In this document: in pieces, positions 1-11,494 of the stretch
Layout: every line of letters begins with the position of its first letter
Position numbering within the stretch: the first letter of the stretch is position 1
From: Carcharhinus amblyrhynchos
Lineage: Eukaryota
DNA length: 64,000 nt
Direction: 5' to 3'
NCBI GenBank assembly: GCA_965287045.1
Contig: OZ336881.1
Coordinates: forward strand, 54,498,001-54,562,000
Notes under the pieces: generated by a model
The model's input: only the letters and a program-made list of their open reading frames with translations
Databases searched by the model: none
What the model was told of the DNA's origin: nothing
Position numbers and translations under genes: made by a program

Positions 1-321
1 CTCATATACCAGTTTCCGTGCAACAATCTTTGCCACTTCTGAGTTTGCACCTGAATTCTGATGTGAATCAATTTCTGGGCCTTGATGTTCAATCATACTT
101 ATATTGTCAGGTGTTTGCTCCTTAACTCTGCCAAGGTAATGATAGTAGTGATGGAAAGGAACACTGTGTTGTGCATCAGGGGACAATACTCAGGACAAAT
201 CTGGAACTGACTTAGGGCAACTTAATCACAGGAACCTGAGCATTGAGCAACATATAGAGTTGATTGTGTCTTCGTTTTTCGAAATATCGTTGTTTTCTAC
301 CAGCATCAGCTCCATTCAAAT

Positions 322-682
322 CCATCATGCAAACCAGCCTCCCATTCACTGACATTGTCTACACTTCCGGCTGCCTTGGAAAAGCAGCTAGCATAATTAA
401 AGACCCCAGGCATCCTGGCCATACTCTCTACCACCTCCTTCCATTGGGAGAAAGATACAAAAGACTGAGGTCACGTACCGACTCAAGAACAGCTTTTTCC
501 CTGCTGCCATCAGACTTTTGAATGGACCTACCTCGCACTAAGTTGAACTTTCTCTACACCCTAGCTATGACTATAACACTACATTCCTTCTCTATGAACT
601 GTATGCTTTGTCTGTTTAGCTCACAAGAAATAATACTTTTTTTTGTATACTAATACATGTGACAATAATAAATCAAATCAAA
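322..682 (+). mobile_element. Rex1/Babar-type LINE 3' fragment
   Basis: Translates to ...KAASIIKDPRHPGHTLYHLLPLGERYKRLRSRT...; a frameshifted continuation (LKNSFFPAAIRLLN) is typical of the Rex1/Babar C-terminus. Ends in tgtgacaataataaatcaaatcaaa. Confidence 0.75.
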
Positions 683-1070
683 GAGCTCGTGTTGAACTGG
701 ATGGAGTTGTCCAGTGATTCATGCAATCACAGCAGGATGGACAATATTGGACAATTCCTTGGTATGTGGCTTATGATCAAAGTTCTAGCTGGGAGAACTT
801 CAATGTAATTTTGACCCATGCCAGATTTAGAATAATAGTGAAAAGTAGCCAGATGCATCTATCATGTTGGCACAGGAGATGCCGAGAGATATTTTTATAG
901 CACTTAGATTTATCCTCTTTCTTTTCAACCATATTTTTCTTCATAGACCACTTGACCAGAGGATCTATTACAGAATGAAACAAAACTTGCCGTGGAGAGC
1001 TCACCATCCTAGCATTCATTGTGATGTTAAAACCTTTTCCGAAAAACACAGACCTTTCAGTAGAGAGCTA

Positions 1071-1408
1071 GAATTCTTACAGTGCAGAAAGAGACCATTC
1101 AGCCCATCAGGTCTGCACCAACTATCCATTAGAACATTTTTCCCAAGCCCTATCCCCATAACTCCACATGGCTACTCCATTAATTCCATTAACCTACACA
1201 TTATTGGACACTAAGGGGCAAATTAGCATGGCCAATTCACCTAACCTGCATATCTTTGAACTCTGGAAGGAAACCAGAGCACCCAAAGGAAACCCACGTG
1301 GACAGGGGGAGAATGTGCAGACTCCGCACAGACAGTGACCCAAGCTTGGAATCGAACCCAGGTCACTGGTGCAGTGAGGCAACTGTGCCCACTACAGTGC
1401 CACCATGC
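1071..1408 (-). mobile_element. HE1-like V-SINE (tRNA head, CR1-type tail)
   Basis: Reverse complement of the V-SINE core (ggtcactgtctgtgcggagtctgcacattctcc...) with the ggccNaatggcc tail; many similar copies in the window. Confidence 0.85.
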
Positions 1409-1518
1409 TTTGCAAGGAATGCAATCAGACTATGAAGGATAGATCCATTTAGTCTCCATGGGGTTGGTGAAAGGTCCGTATCTGTGCCTCGGCTCTGCCC
1501 TCTCTATGACCTTACAGT

Positions 1519-1774
1519 TTCAGGGACCTAGGTTCAATCGGGTCACTGTCTGTGTGGAGCTTACAAGTTCCCCCTGGGTCTGCGTGGGCTTCCTCTGAAT
1601 GCTCCGGTTTCCTCTCACAGTCTGAATGATGTGTGGGTTAGGTTGATTGGCCATGCTAAATTGCCCCTAGTGTCAGGAAGAGGGGTTGTATGGATAGGCT
1701 GCCTGTGGGATCGTGGTTGGTGCAGACTTGATGGGCCGGATGGCCTCCTTCTGCACTGTAGGGATTCTATGATT
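1519..1774 (+). mobile_element. HE1-like V-SINE, 5'-truncated
   Basis: V core ggtcactgtctgtgtggag plus tail gatgggccggatggcctccttctgcactgtagggattctatgatt. Confidence 0.85.
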
Positions 1775-1782
1775 TTCCTTCC

Positions 1783-1922
1783 AGGCCCCGCCCCTGCCCT
1801 CAAGCCCCGCCCCCTGTCCTCTCTGCTCCCAGCCGCTCAGGCGGAACGCTCGTGTTTGGTGCTGCAGCTTGGGGAAAGTTGTGCCGGTTGCACTAGGGCA
1901 GCTGTTTCCGGTCAAGATGGCG
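1783..1922 (+). promoter_or_regulatory. RRP15 TATA-less core promoter (two GC boxes, ETS, YY1)
   Basis: CCCCGCCCC at 1786-1794 and 1805-1813, TTCCGG at 1906-1911, and CAAGATGGCG (YY1-like) overlapping the ATG at 1913-1922; local CpG enrichment. Confidence 0.65.
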
Positions 1923-1980
1923 CTGCAGGCTGAGGTGCTTTCACGTGGAGACGCTAGTGGAGAAGAAGCGGAATTGAGCG
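1917..1980 (+). CDS. RRP15: RRP15 coding exon 1
   Basis: aagATGG Kozak context; MALQAEVLSRGDASGEEAELS; donor gtaaag at 1981. The 64 nt leave phase 1, which joins exon 2 in frame (G+GT = Gly). Confidence 0.75.
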
Positions 1981-2529
1981 GTAAAGGACACGGAGCGGAG
2001 CCCCGGGATAGTGGGGGAAGCTCCGGCTTGAGGGAGAAGCCAGTGGGGCGGTTGTGGGGAGAGGAGTGCGGAACCGTGCAGCCCGGTGACCAGCATTCAC
2101 CTCACAGTTAAACCCATCCCATTCTGCTCGGAATTATTTTAGCTAAAACCTTCCTATCCCCGCTTCTCGGCTCGTCATTCTGTGTTTCTAATCTGTACTG
2201 TTATCAACTATCTGTTTGAATGTTTCCCTGTTCTTCCTCCATCAGGCTTTTAGCATCATTAGATTTCCAGGCACTCTTTAGTTTGCCTGAATCAAATAGC
2301 ACGTGTATATTTGCCTCCTCTTCACCGCCTGTGTCCTGGTCAACACTCTCCAGAAACGCATCAGTTTCCATGTATATGTCAATAGGGTCCTGCTTGGCAT
2401 CTCTCTTAGACCTTGAATGCTGTTGCCACCTTGCGAAATTGTTTAATATCTGTATTAGAGTGGGACAGATCTCCTCCAGTTAAATGTTGATCACATTGAG
2501 GCCAACATATTTTAAGTTTTTTTTTAATT

Positions 2530-2827
2530 AAATTTATTTATTAGTGTCACAAGTAAGCTTACATTAACACTGCAATGAAGTTACTGTGAAAATCCCCAAA
2601 TTGCCACCCACTGGCGTCTGTTCAGGTACACTGAGGGAGAATTTAGCATGGCCAAAGCACCTAACCAGCACATCTTTCGGACTGTGGGAAGAAACTGAGG
2701 CACCTGGAGGAAATCCACGCAGACACGGGGAGAACATGCAAACTCCACACAGACAGTGACCCAAGCTGGGAAATGAACCCGGGACCCTAGCACTGCGAGG
2801 CAGCCGTGTCAACCACGCTGCCACCGT
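2530..2827 (-). mobile_element. V-SINE with alternative (B) tail
   Basis: Same tRNA head and V core as HE1, but the tail is cagtaacttcattgcagtgttaatgtaagc..tacttgtgacactaataaat. Confidence 0.85.
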
Positions 2828-3499
2828 TAATTTCCATCAGCATCTTTTTCCACAGTTCCATTGGCTTCCCTGGCCGTTGTTTCAGGCTGAGTTGGGGAGG
2901 AGGTAACTAGGGTAACCATGACAGAACTTGCTTCCTCCTGTAATCCACATCCTGTTTTATAATGTTGCCCATTTTGGAAAACAAAGTATTGGGCTATACA
3001 CCAAAATTACTTTTAATCTGCCCGTTCAGTGTCGTGAAGACTTATTAATAATAGCCCTATTCCCTTACCTCTTGTTGGTTTCTATTGAATAATGAATTCA
3101 TTCTGCAGGTTTCCACCAGAAATATGTTCAGCCTATTGCTACTATGAATCTGATGCTATAAAATTTAAGATGCTCTTGATTGTTCCTCCTTGATTACATA
3201 AAGTTATTGCACTGAACAATTCGTCCAGACACTAAGTTGCTTTCAAGAATAGTGTGCTGTTGATGCTTTAAGCAATTCACTTGTGTATCTACATCTGTAA
3301 GTGTCAAAACAGGTGGGGAGATAAAGAAGAATGATAAAGGCAGACCCATGTCTTATGTTAGTGTATATGCTGTATTTAAGGTATTGCTGACACACTGATG
3401 AGTGCATTTTGCTGGAGTTATTTAGTCTCAAAATTACTTTGTGGTCAATTATCATAAATGTGCTATTTATGCCTCTACTTCATCACTTACTCCCTTCAT

Positions 3500-4108
3500 T
3501 GTCTCTGCTTGTCCATCATTGTGTTCCAGATGACTCACAACTTCTTGCAGCTCAACCTTGGTGATACTGAAACCATTTTCTGTTATCCTGGCTGCAAACG
3601 CTGATCAAACTTGATGTCTGATTTGGCCTTGAGCTCATGTTAAAGCTCTGCAGCTTGTCTATTTGCTTACTTTTGTCTCTGTAGCATTGCATCCACCATC
3701 TCTGAGGGTTTTTATTTGCTTTTGTCACCTGCTGTCCTTGCTTCAAAATTGCAACACCCCGATCACTGTTCTCCGATTTACACTTGCTGATATTCTTAGT
3801 CAATTTGAATGTTCTTGGCCTTGTCCATAATTTCTTCCCCACCCTATCTGCACCATCTTTACAATTCTATATTGCCTTCAAAGTTACCCTTCAATCTTCT
3901 GCGATTCTCCTGTCCCTTCACCTCATCAGTTAACTCAGTTCTACTCTGTGGAGCTTCCTTCTAAATTTCTGTCATTTCACCCAAAAATCATCCTCGAAAC
4001 CTATCTGAATTTCTCCCCAGCTTGACATCAATTTTTATGATGCCTATTTGTGAAGCGCCTGAGATGTTTTTGATGCTAACAGCACTTTACAAATGCAGGT
4101 TATTGTGA
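3500..4108 (+). mobile_element. Decayed L2-type LINE 3' fragment
   Basis: MTHNFLQLNLGDTE-like RT motif at ~3531-3575 and an L2-like tail gtgaagcgcctgagatgttttt...aaatgcaggttattgtg. Confidence 0.5.
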
Positions 4109-4744
4109 TCACTGCAACAATTAAAGCAGCCACATTACTTTAAAAAAATATTTTCTCTGTGATGGCATTGCAAAATGGACAGCAAAACATTCAGTAGGGT
4201 GTGTTATACAATGATACTAATGAAGATAGAGAAAACCCTCCAGGTTCTGCACCTGAAATGGGTATTAGCGTCTTTGCAAATGCAACTAGGAAGACCTAAT
4301 GGCTTGGTTGAGGTCCCCTTTGCAAGATTGGGCTGTCCCGCAAGGAAAACTTGGTCTATATGTGGCTTAACCAGCAATATTTTTTAAAGGACCAGTTCAA
4401 AAATAAAATGATACTTGTTTGATTTGGGGTCTGGGAGATGCAGAAGTTCCCTCTGGGTCCATTGCAGTGCTGAAGACTATTGTTGGCCTCTGCTTCCACT
4501 CTGTCTCCCACGACCTACCTGAAGACAGCTGCCAGTGGTCCAAACTTTGAATATTTTCACTGGCAAATCACCAAGGACACCTATCTGCAGTTATCAGTCT
4601 TCTGTTTTAAAAAAAAAATGCACAAATGCCCTGGTTGCACAGGAATTTGTTCACTGCCTGGCTTATTCCAGTCTGTGAACACAGTCTTAATTTCTAGACT
4701 GTTATATCTCATATACATGGGAAACTACCACTGGAGGTCCCTTT

Positions 4745-5352
4745 CCAAGCCACTCACCACCCTGACTTAGAATTACGTGGCTGGATCAAAATCCTGTATC
4801 TTGTTCCCTAACAGCACTGTGAGTGTACCTACACCACATGAGGGGAGATCTCATTGAGACGTATAAGATGATGAATGGGATGGATAGGATAGAGGTGGAG
4901 AGACTCTTCCCGCTCAGAAAGGACAGTAGGACTAAGGGGCACAGCCTCAAGATAAAGGGTGGGCGGTTTAGAACGGAGTTGAGGAAGAACTTCTTCACTC
5001 AAAGGGTGGTGAATCTCTGGAATTCTCTGCCCGTTGAAGTGGTGGAGGCTACCTCGCTAAATATTTTTAAGACGCGGATTGATGGGTTTTTGATAAGAGA
5101 GGGGATTAAGGGTTATGGGGAGAGGGCGGGAATGTGGAACTGAGCCACGACAGATCAGCCATGATCTTATTGAATGGCGAGGCAGGCTCGAAGGGCTAGA
5201 TGGCCTACTCCTGCTCCTATTTCTTATGTTCTTACATCGACTATAGCAGTTCAAGAATGCAGCTCGCCACCATCTTCAATGGCAATTAAGGGTGGGCCAT
5301 AAATGAATGGCCCAGCCAGCGACATCCACAGCCCTTGAATGAATTAAAAAAA
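4745..5352 (+). mobile_element. Older CR1-like LINE 3' end (4745-4839 + 5234-5352), interrupted by a younger CR1
   Basis: The two halves rejoin as ctacaccacat|cgactatagcagttcaag, matching the uninterrupted reverse copy at 13710-13945. Confidence 0.7.
4838..5233 (+). mobile_element. Young CR1/HER1-type LINE 3' fragment
   Basis: Open ORF2 C-terminus MRGDLIETYK...FFTQRVVNLWNSLP...GIKGYG with a ttcttatg tail; nearly identical to the 19812-20902 copy. Confidence 0.9.
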
Positions 5353-6520
5353 ACGTATGACACTGTTCTGTGATAATGCAGATCTTCAATTGCCTTTCCC
5401 TTCAGCTTTTAGCTTCTTGGCTTTTTAAATTTTCTTTTTACAATTGTTAAATAACACAATTCTGGCACTATTTCCAGTTATTCCATGTACTTAATTCAAG
5501 TTTTAAAGTTTGTGCTGCCCTTAGCGGGCACCTTATTTTGAAGATATGAGGCAGGACCAGTTGTAGTTTATTCTCAGGACTGAAACCATGAGGTAGGGAG
5601 GACTTGGAAAATGTGAGCACAAGCTGGCTGTTCTCATTCCCCACTTGCCTAACTCCAGCTTACAATATAACTTGCTGTGCACACATTGGGTACTGATCTG
5701 TATTTTAACACTCAACAGTGTGTTGGGCCGAGCAGAAGTGGCCGTCTACAAGACAAGGTTGGATGTGCCTCACTCCCGCAGCCTTATCTGTCCCCGAATG
5801 GCCCTGCGGAGGGAGTGTGCAGTGCCTGCTGCTATGCTTTTACAACTGATGGGCAATGCAGGTGCTGGAGGACAGGTTGGATACGGATGTCAGTCTTAGT
5901 ATTTAATTTGATGGGTTGGCTGTTAAGGTTTTTGGTTTGATAGCACTGGAGCAGTCTCATGTCTCCTTATGGGTTTCATAAGAAAAGGCATCCAAGTGCA
6001 CTGTGATGGTGAGTGTTAACCTGCTCATATCCTGTGCTGAACTGCTGTTCTGTCAGCATGTTTGTGTTTTGTTTGTTAACTTGGCTGGTCAGTGTAATTT
6101 GGTCAGTAATAAATTCAAAAAGTGCACAAGTATTTTGGTGTGCCCCTGAATTATTTACATAAAGATCTAAATGAATTGGAAATAGTCCACAATTGTAAGG
6201 GATTGTGCTGAGTGTTCTTCAACACCTCAAAGTTTATGTTTACAAAATTGAATTCCTGTGACAGACAACAAATCAGAGTTAGTTTAATGTAACAGGAATT
6301 CAGCTTTGGAAAAGGAAAGTTTGAATGAAGAATCTAAAGACACAATAGGATTCAAATTTCTAATTTTTCCCTTAAATATTCCTAAGCCTGAGTAACAGAG
6401 CTGGAGCTTTGAGACTGCTACACCTCTTGGTGACACTAGGTGTCAGCATTGCATCAAATGAATTTCACCCAAATGCATTCTTTATATTCAGAACAATAAT
6501 GCCTGCCTGTCCTGCTTTAG

Positions 6521-6744
6521 GTTCTGATGGAGATCTTGCAAGTGACCGCTTCTCTTCGGGTGAAGATGAAAAAAAAACTGCAGATGCAAAAGCAGCAAAT
6601 TCCACTACTGGCTGGGCAGATGCTATGGCCAAAATTCTGAGAAAGACGGTACCTGGGACTAAACCAACCATTCTTGCTAAAAGTAAAGAGAAACAGACAG
6701 AAAAAGAAAAACGGAAGCAGGCAATGTTGGAAAAGCGGAAACAG
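6521..6744 (+). CDS. RRP15: RRP15 coding exon 2
   Basis: Acceptor ctgctttag, donor gtattg; encodes GWADAMAKILRK...KPTILAKSK, the conserved RRP15 segment; 224 nt, ends in phase 0. Confidence 0.92.
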
Positions 6745-6971
6745 GTATTGATTGCATTGCATTCTTAAGATTTAAGCAATAAAGATTTTTTGCATGAGCC
6801 TAAAGTGATGAAATATATCTGCACAAGCTGAATTCCACATGGATTAATGTACTGAACATCAAGCAAATTCCGCCTTCACCAGGGCTATATTTTACAATTT
6901 GTAAAATATATTTTACGTAAGATGGATAAATTCTTGAAACGTCAGAACTCTGCTTCTTCCTGTGCACTTGA

Positions 6972-7350
6972 ACATAAGAACATAAGAAATAGGAGCAGGA
7001 GTAGGCCATCTAGCCCTTTGAGCCTGCCCCGCCAAACAATAAGATCATGGCTAATCTGAAATGGATCAGTTCCACTTTCCCGCTTTCTCCCCATAACCCT
7101 TAATTCCCCTGTCCATCAAAAACCTGTCTACCCGTGACTTAAATATATTTAGCGAGGGAGCCTCCACCACTTCAACAGGCAGAGAATTCCAGAGATTCAC
7201 TACCCTTTGAGTGAAGAAGTTTCTCCTCAACTCTGATCTAAACTCTTCCCCCCCCCCCTCCATTCTTGAGGCTGTGCCCTCTAGTCCTGCTATCCTTTCT
7301 AAGCGGGGAGAATCTCTCTACCTCTACCCTATCCAGCCCCTTCATTATCT
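6972..7350 (-). mobile_element. CR1/HER1-type LINE 3' fragment
   Basis: Minus-strand ORF FRSELRRNFFTQRVVNLWNSLPVEVVEA...GIKGYGEKAGKWN; (aacataag)n tail on +. Confidence 0.9.
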
Positions 7351-7413
7351 TGAGTGGGGAAGGAACTTACCAGCTGGTAGTTTACACCTCAAACAAGAAT
7401 TGAAATGTCCTAA

Positions 7414-8706
7414 TGTTAACCTGCGTAGTAGGTGGAGTATCTATTTACTGGCAGCTCATAATCATACCAAATGGGAAATTGGTATGAACCCAATTAACGT
7501 TATAAGTGGAGGGCAAGATCCTAGAATACAACCCTGGCTTAAAAGACAACTTCTACTTTCTTATCAAACACAGAGGTACAGAGTCACAGGACCACAAATT
7601 TGTTTTAACTAAAGAAAAAAAATTACACTTGAAAAAATTGGATTATAATACAATACTTCTTTACTCCCTTCTTGGCTCAGCAAATACTCACAGGTTTTAA
7701 AATTAACACAGAGGACACAGTACGTTTGAATCAATAGTCTCATTAACACACAAATTTTTTTTTAAGCACACAGCTTGGCTGTGGTCAAATGCATACATTC
7801 CTCCCTGAACCCAAGTTAGTGCCTGTGGATTTTTCCTCAGAATCCACCGGATGATCGTCATATGAGAATTTTCAAACTCCACTCCCAAAGCGCACTCTAA
7901 AACTTTCTTTTTCAATTAATACAATTTTCCATTAGCTAGTTGCATTCTGAACTCCATGTTTTCCAAAGAACTCTTGCCAGAGCTTCTGCTACAGTTCTAC
8001 CAGTGAACCCACTACGAGTTTTACACTAACCCCTTTTAGGATTTCTTTGCCTTGACTGACTACACAAATTCTGATATCCAGCCAATACATCCTTCCCAAA
8101 TACTGTAAAATTTGTTTCACAGGCGATAGTAAGACATTCCAAACTTTAGGATTACTTCAGAAACCTTTCTTTAGCATTCTCATCAACCGATTCCTTCTCA
8201 GCTTTGCCTGGGATGCCCGTGAACACTATCAGTTCTGTTTCCAGAACCAACCGTCCTTTTGTTCCTCTGGAACTTGTTTTCTTGTATCCTACTCCATTGT
8301 ACAGCTTCTCTTGAAAAGCTGAGAGAGATGTTCCCTCTCCAACTGCCTGTCACCAATTCCTTTTCGCAGAGCTGTGGGGCATGTTCCCTCTCCAGCTGTC
8401 TATTTGCACCTGCCTAACTTCCAGTTAAACTGAGAACAAAGGAAAAGCTTTTTATCTTATAAGAGACTCTAGTTGCTAAGCAACTATATTCATTCGTCAT
8501 ACAGTTGTTCTCTAAGCACAATAGCATCACAGTTGGAACTTAACCAATTCCCACACACGCAAACACCTTTTTCCCATCATGAAACTAACTACCGACCTCT
8601 TTTAGGCACAGAAATATTAAATTAAACCCAGATAAAACCATATTTTATTTTTAATATTTATCTGTACAAATATAAATCCCTGAGAACTACTTTTGATTTC
8701 TTAACA
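7414..8706. mobile_element. Possible solo LTR or unclassified ~1.2-1.3 kb insertion
   Basis: Bounded by TGTTAA (7414) and TTAACA (8706), with an alternative left end near 7499. It appears to interrupt a decayed CR1 fragment. No TSD seen. Confidence 0.3.
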
Positions 8707-8979
8707 AGATCAAATGGATTTCTTCTAAACCTGAAGGTAATAGAGCTGTGGAGCAAATTACTAGGGAAGCCCATTGAAGATGGCATTATAAATGGGCCTT
8801 AAAAAGAAAGGCACATGGAGTTGACCAATAAAAAAGCAGATGCATTACAATCAGGGTAGATTATATGTTGTCTTGAAAATTGAAATAGGTTTTCAAAGCT
8901 AGGTGGTTTAAAATGCTTTTCTGCACAAACAGCATTTAATACAACATTTCCATGTTGTTATAACTCTTCCATGCATTTC

Positions 8980-9230
8980 AATGGAGGAAAGTACTTCATT
9001 TCAGACTAATGTCCCTCATTGGGCACAAAATTTATTTTTAAGCAAAAGTTGCCTTGTTGGCACCAGTTGCAATATGGTGTCCACAGATGTATTTACCGAT
9101 GCCAGTAACTCTTCAGTTGAGGTTTTAGTTTTGCTGATGTCAGTTCCCGACAAATGTTTGGATATTTATTGCCGTCATTTATTTATTAGAAATCTTAGAT
9201 TTCTAAACAGTCATGACATTATTCAGCATG
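8980..9230 (+). repeat. 251-bp direct repeat, copy 1
   Basis: Aligns without gaps to 10217-10467 with only scattered substitutions. Confidence 0.95.
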
Positions 9231-9913
9231 AACCTCCCAAACAAATATTACTATTTTTCAGGTTTTCCACTTTTCTGAATTATCAGGTGTACGTAGGTGT
9301 CATATGCAAATAGTTGAGTCTGCAGCTGTCACTGTTTTCGGACATGCATCTCATTTTGTCTGCTTTCTATTCTTGGCCCATGTCTGAATGCAAACAGGGA
9401 GTGTGCAAAGTCAAAGAAGCTGGACAAAGATGTGAATTGGGTTGGATTGCTATCTGCGAATTCAACATATCTTTAATCTTTTCTTTCTTTCCTGATGTAA
9501 TACCTTATTTGTTCAGTGATATAATATTAAGAGGGATTGCTGGGATTGTGTGGTATATATGGGTAAGCAATGCTAAAATTGCACTTGGAGAGCACTGTGT
9601 TTACTGTTGACCAGTGTAGAATTGCAAATGTTTATCTTGGCCACTCATTTAAAGAAGGAGTGTTACCTCAGGGATGCTGGCAGTGGATCTGGAGGCAGCA
9701 ATGCCATTTGAACCCCTCAATCACATTGTAAACCACAAACTTTTAAAGTTTGAAGAGTTTGTCAACAAACCCCCAAGATTGGATTACTGCCAGTAACCCT
9801 GTGCCAGACCTCCAGCATTTATGTTTAGTAGTAAATTCTATTAAATTTACATACGTTTCTAATATTTCTGGAATTCTACTTAACATGGCATGTCTATAAA
9901 GAAGTGATTCTGA

Positions 9914-10190
9914 GGGGCACTGAGTGCGGTGGGCTAGTATATCCTTAACCTCTGGATTGGGAACTGACAGGAGGCAACTTTTCTTTTCCCTGAATGTGGG
10001 AGTTCCATGTGAAACAAGTTTGTCTGGCTCCATTGACATTCCTAGTGGATGTGGGCCTACCATATACAACTGCTTCTAATTCAATTCAGTTCGTAATCTG
10101 GCAGAGACTGGTGTCAGAAAAGAAAATCTTATACTGGTGCAGCTGGCGGGGGGTTTTAGGCACATTATAGCCAGTGCTATACCTGATGCA
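9914..10190 (+). mobile_element. LF-SINE-like relic
   Basis: Ordered blocks ggggcactg..., cctctgg, catgtgaaa, ttcctagtgga, ggttttaggcacatt, gtgctatacctg resemble the recalled LF-SINE consensus. Confidence 0.5.
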
Positions 10191-10216
10191 GAAGTACTTG
10201 AGACTGACGAGTGTTG

Positions 10217-10467
10217 AATGGGGTAAAGTACTTCATTTCAGACTAATGTCCCTCATTGGGCACAAAATTTATTTTTAAGTAGAAGTTGGCTTGCTGGCAC
10301 CAGTTGCAATATGATGTTCACAGATGTATTCACCGATGCCAGTAACTCTTCAGTTGAGGTTTTAGTTTCGCTGATGTCAGTTCCTGACAAATGTTTGGAT
10401 ATTTATTGCTGTCATTTATTCATTAGAAATCTTAGATTTCTAAACAGTTAAGACATTATTCAACATG
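10217..10467 (+). repeat. 251-bp direct repeat, copy 2
   Basis: Duplicate of 8980-9230; ends 25 nt before RRP15 exon 3. Confidence 0.95.
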
Positions 10468-10492
10468 CCTTTACATTAACTTCCTTTGGCAG

Positions 10493-10590
10493 CTGGATAA
10501 AAGAAAAGAATGGGAACAGATGTGCAGAGTGAAACCTGACGTCATTCAAGACCGAGAAACCGAAAGAAACTTCCAAAAAGTAGCCACTAG
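10493..10590 (+). CDS. RRP15: RRP15 coding exon 3
   Basis: Acceptor ttcctttggcag, donor gtaggt; [32 protein letters not shown](R); 98 nt, too short to appear in the ORF track. Confidence 0.95.
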
Positions 10591-10719
10591 GTAGGTATTG
10601 TGCAATTCTGCATGGACGGCACAGTGGAAAGGGGTTTTTCTTTTGAATAGATGCTACAGCAAACGTGAAAGCAAGTTCCTATCCTCTATATCGTGCCTTG
10701 GGATTATTTAGAAGAAAAT

Positions 10720-10870
10720 GGGACTGTGGTTTAATACCTCATCTGAAGGCACCTCAGTAGTGCAGCATTCCCTCAGTACTACACTGGAGTGAATGTCATG
10801 AATTTTTTACATACTCGAGCCTTGGAGTGGGATTTGAAACCAGAACCCTGAGACTCATAGGCGAGCAACT
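10720..10870 (-). mobile_element. Deu-SINE (SacSINE1-like) 5' part
   Basis: Reverse complement reads ctcgcctatgagtctcagggttctggtttcaaatcccactccaagg...cagtgtagtactgagggaatgctgcact, i.e. a tRNA-like head plus Deu-SINE body. Confidence 0.6.
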
Positions 10871-11058
10871 TTCTACTTCACACCAGTTCCTGGGTCAGCT
10901 CAGGTGGAGTTTGGGTGAAATTAATGCCAGTTTCCCCGAAAGTAGGATATGCAGGACGTGTATAGTGTGTGTGAAAAATGGGCAAATTGGCTAGAAAGTA
11001 GGCTAATACTTCCCATCTGTGTGAACTGGGATGACTAAGCTATTTGTTTAATACGCAG

Positions 11059-11260
11059 AGGTGTTGTGCAGCTATTTAATGCTGTGCGAAAGCATCAAAG
11101 CAGTATGGATGAAAAAATTAAAGAAGCAGGTGGGTCTGAACGAAAGCGTGCCAAGTTACTGTCGTCTGTCTCGAAGAAAGATTTCATCAGTGTGCTCCGA
11201 GGATCAGGACAGAATGTACATCAGGACTCAGCTGAACGGACGGCGAATGGTGGAAAGCAG
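11059..11260 (+). CDS. RRP15: RRP15 coding exon 4
   Basis: Acceptor acgcag, donor gtgtgt; (R)[13 protein letters not shown]...[20 protein letters not shown], the Rrp15 domain core; 202 nt. Confidence 0.95.
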
Positions 11261-11494
11261 GTGTGTGGAATTTTGTATAAGATTACTAAGCGCTATCAGT
11301 TCTGTTGATCATGTTGGGGGGTGGTGGCATGGACTTGTTTTAAAAGGCTTGGTATATTCACCTGTTAATAATCGTGATCATCACTGCCTTGGTGGTTTTG
11401 ATCTAATTAAAGCAGTATTGCTGCACTTCATTTTTTAACTGGTGAGTAACAACACAGTTCCTAGTGTGTCTTGGATAGGTACTCGACCCTTATT

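Noticed and set aside
3330-3402. Possible C/D box snoRNA in RRP15 intron 1 (atgataa...ctga)
   Set aside because: Imperfect C box, no terminal stem and no recognisable rRNA guide.
6409-6520. Signal-peptide-like N-terminus of ORF 6409-6768
   Set aside because: Intronic read-through upstream of the exon 2 acceptor, starting at TTG.
8980-10467. 251-bp direct repeats read as LTRs of a TRIM-like element
   Set aside because: No matching TSD, PBS or PPT seen, and the spacer contains an ancient SINE relic; kept only as a duplication.
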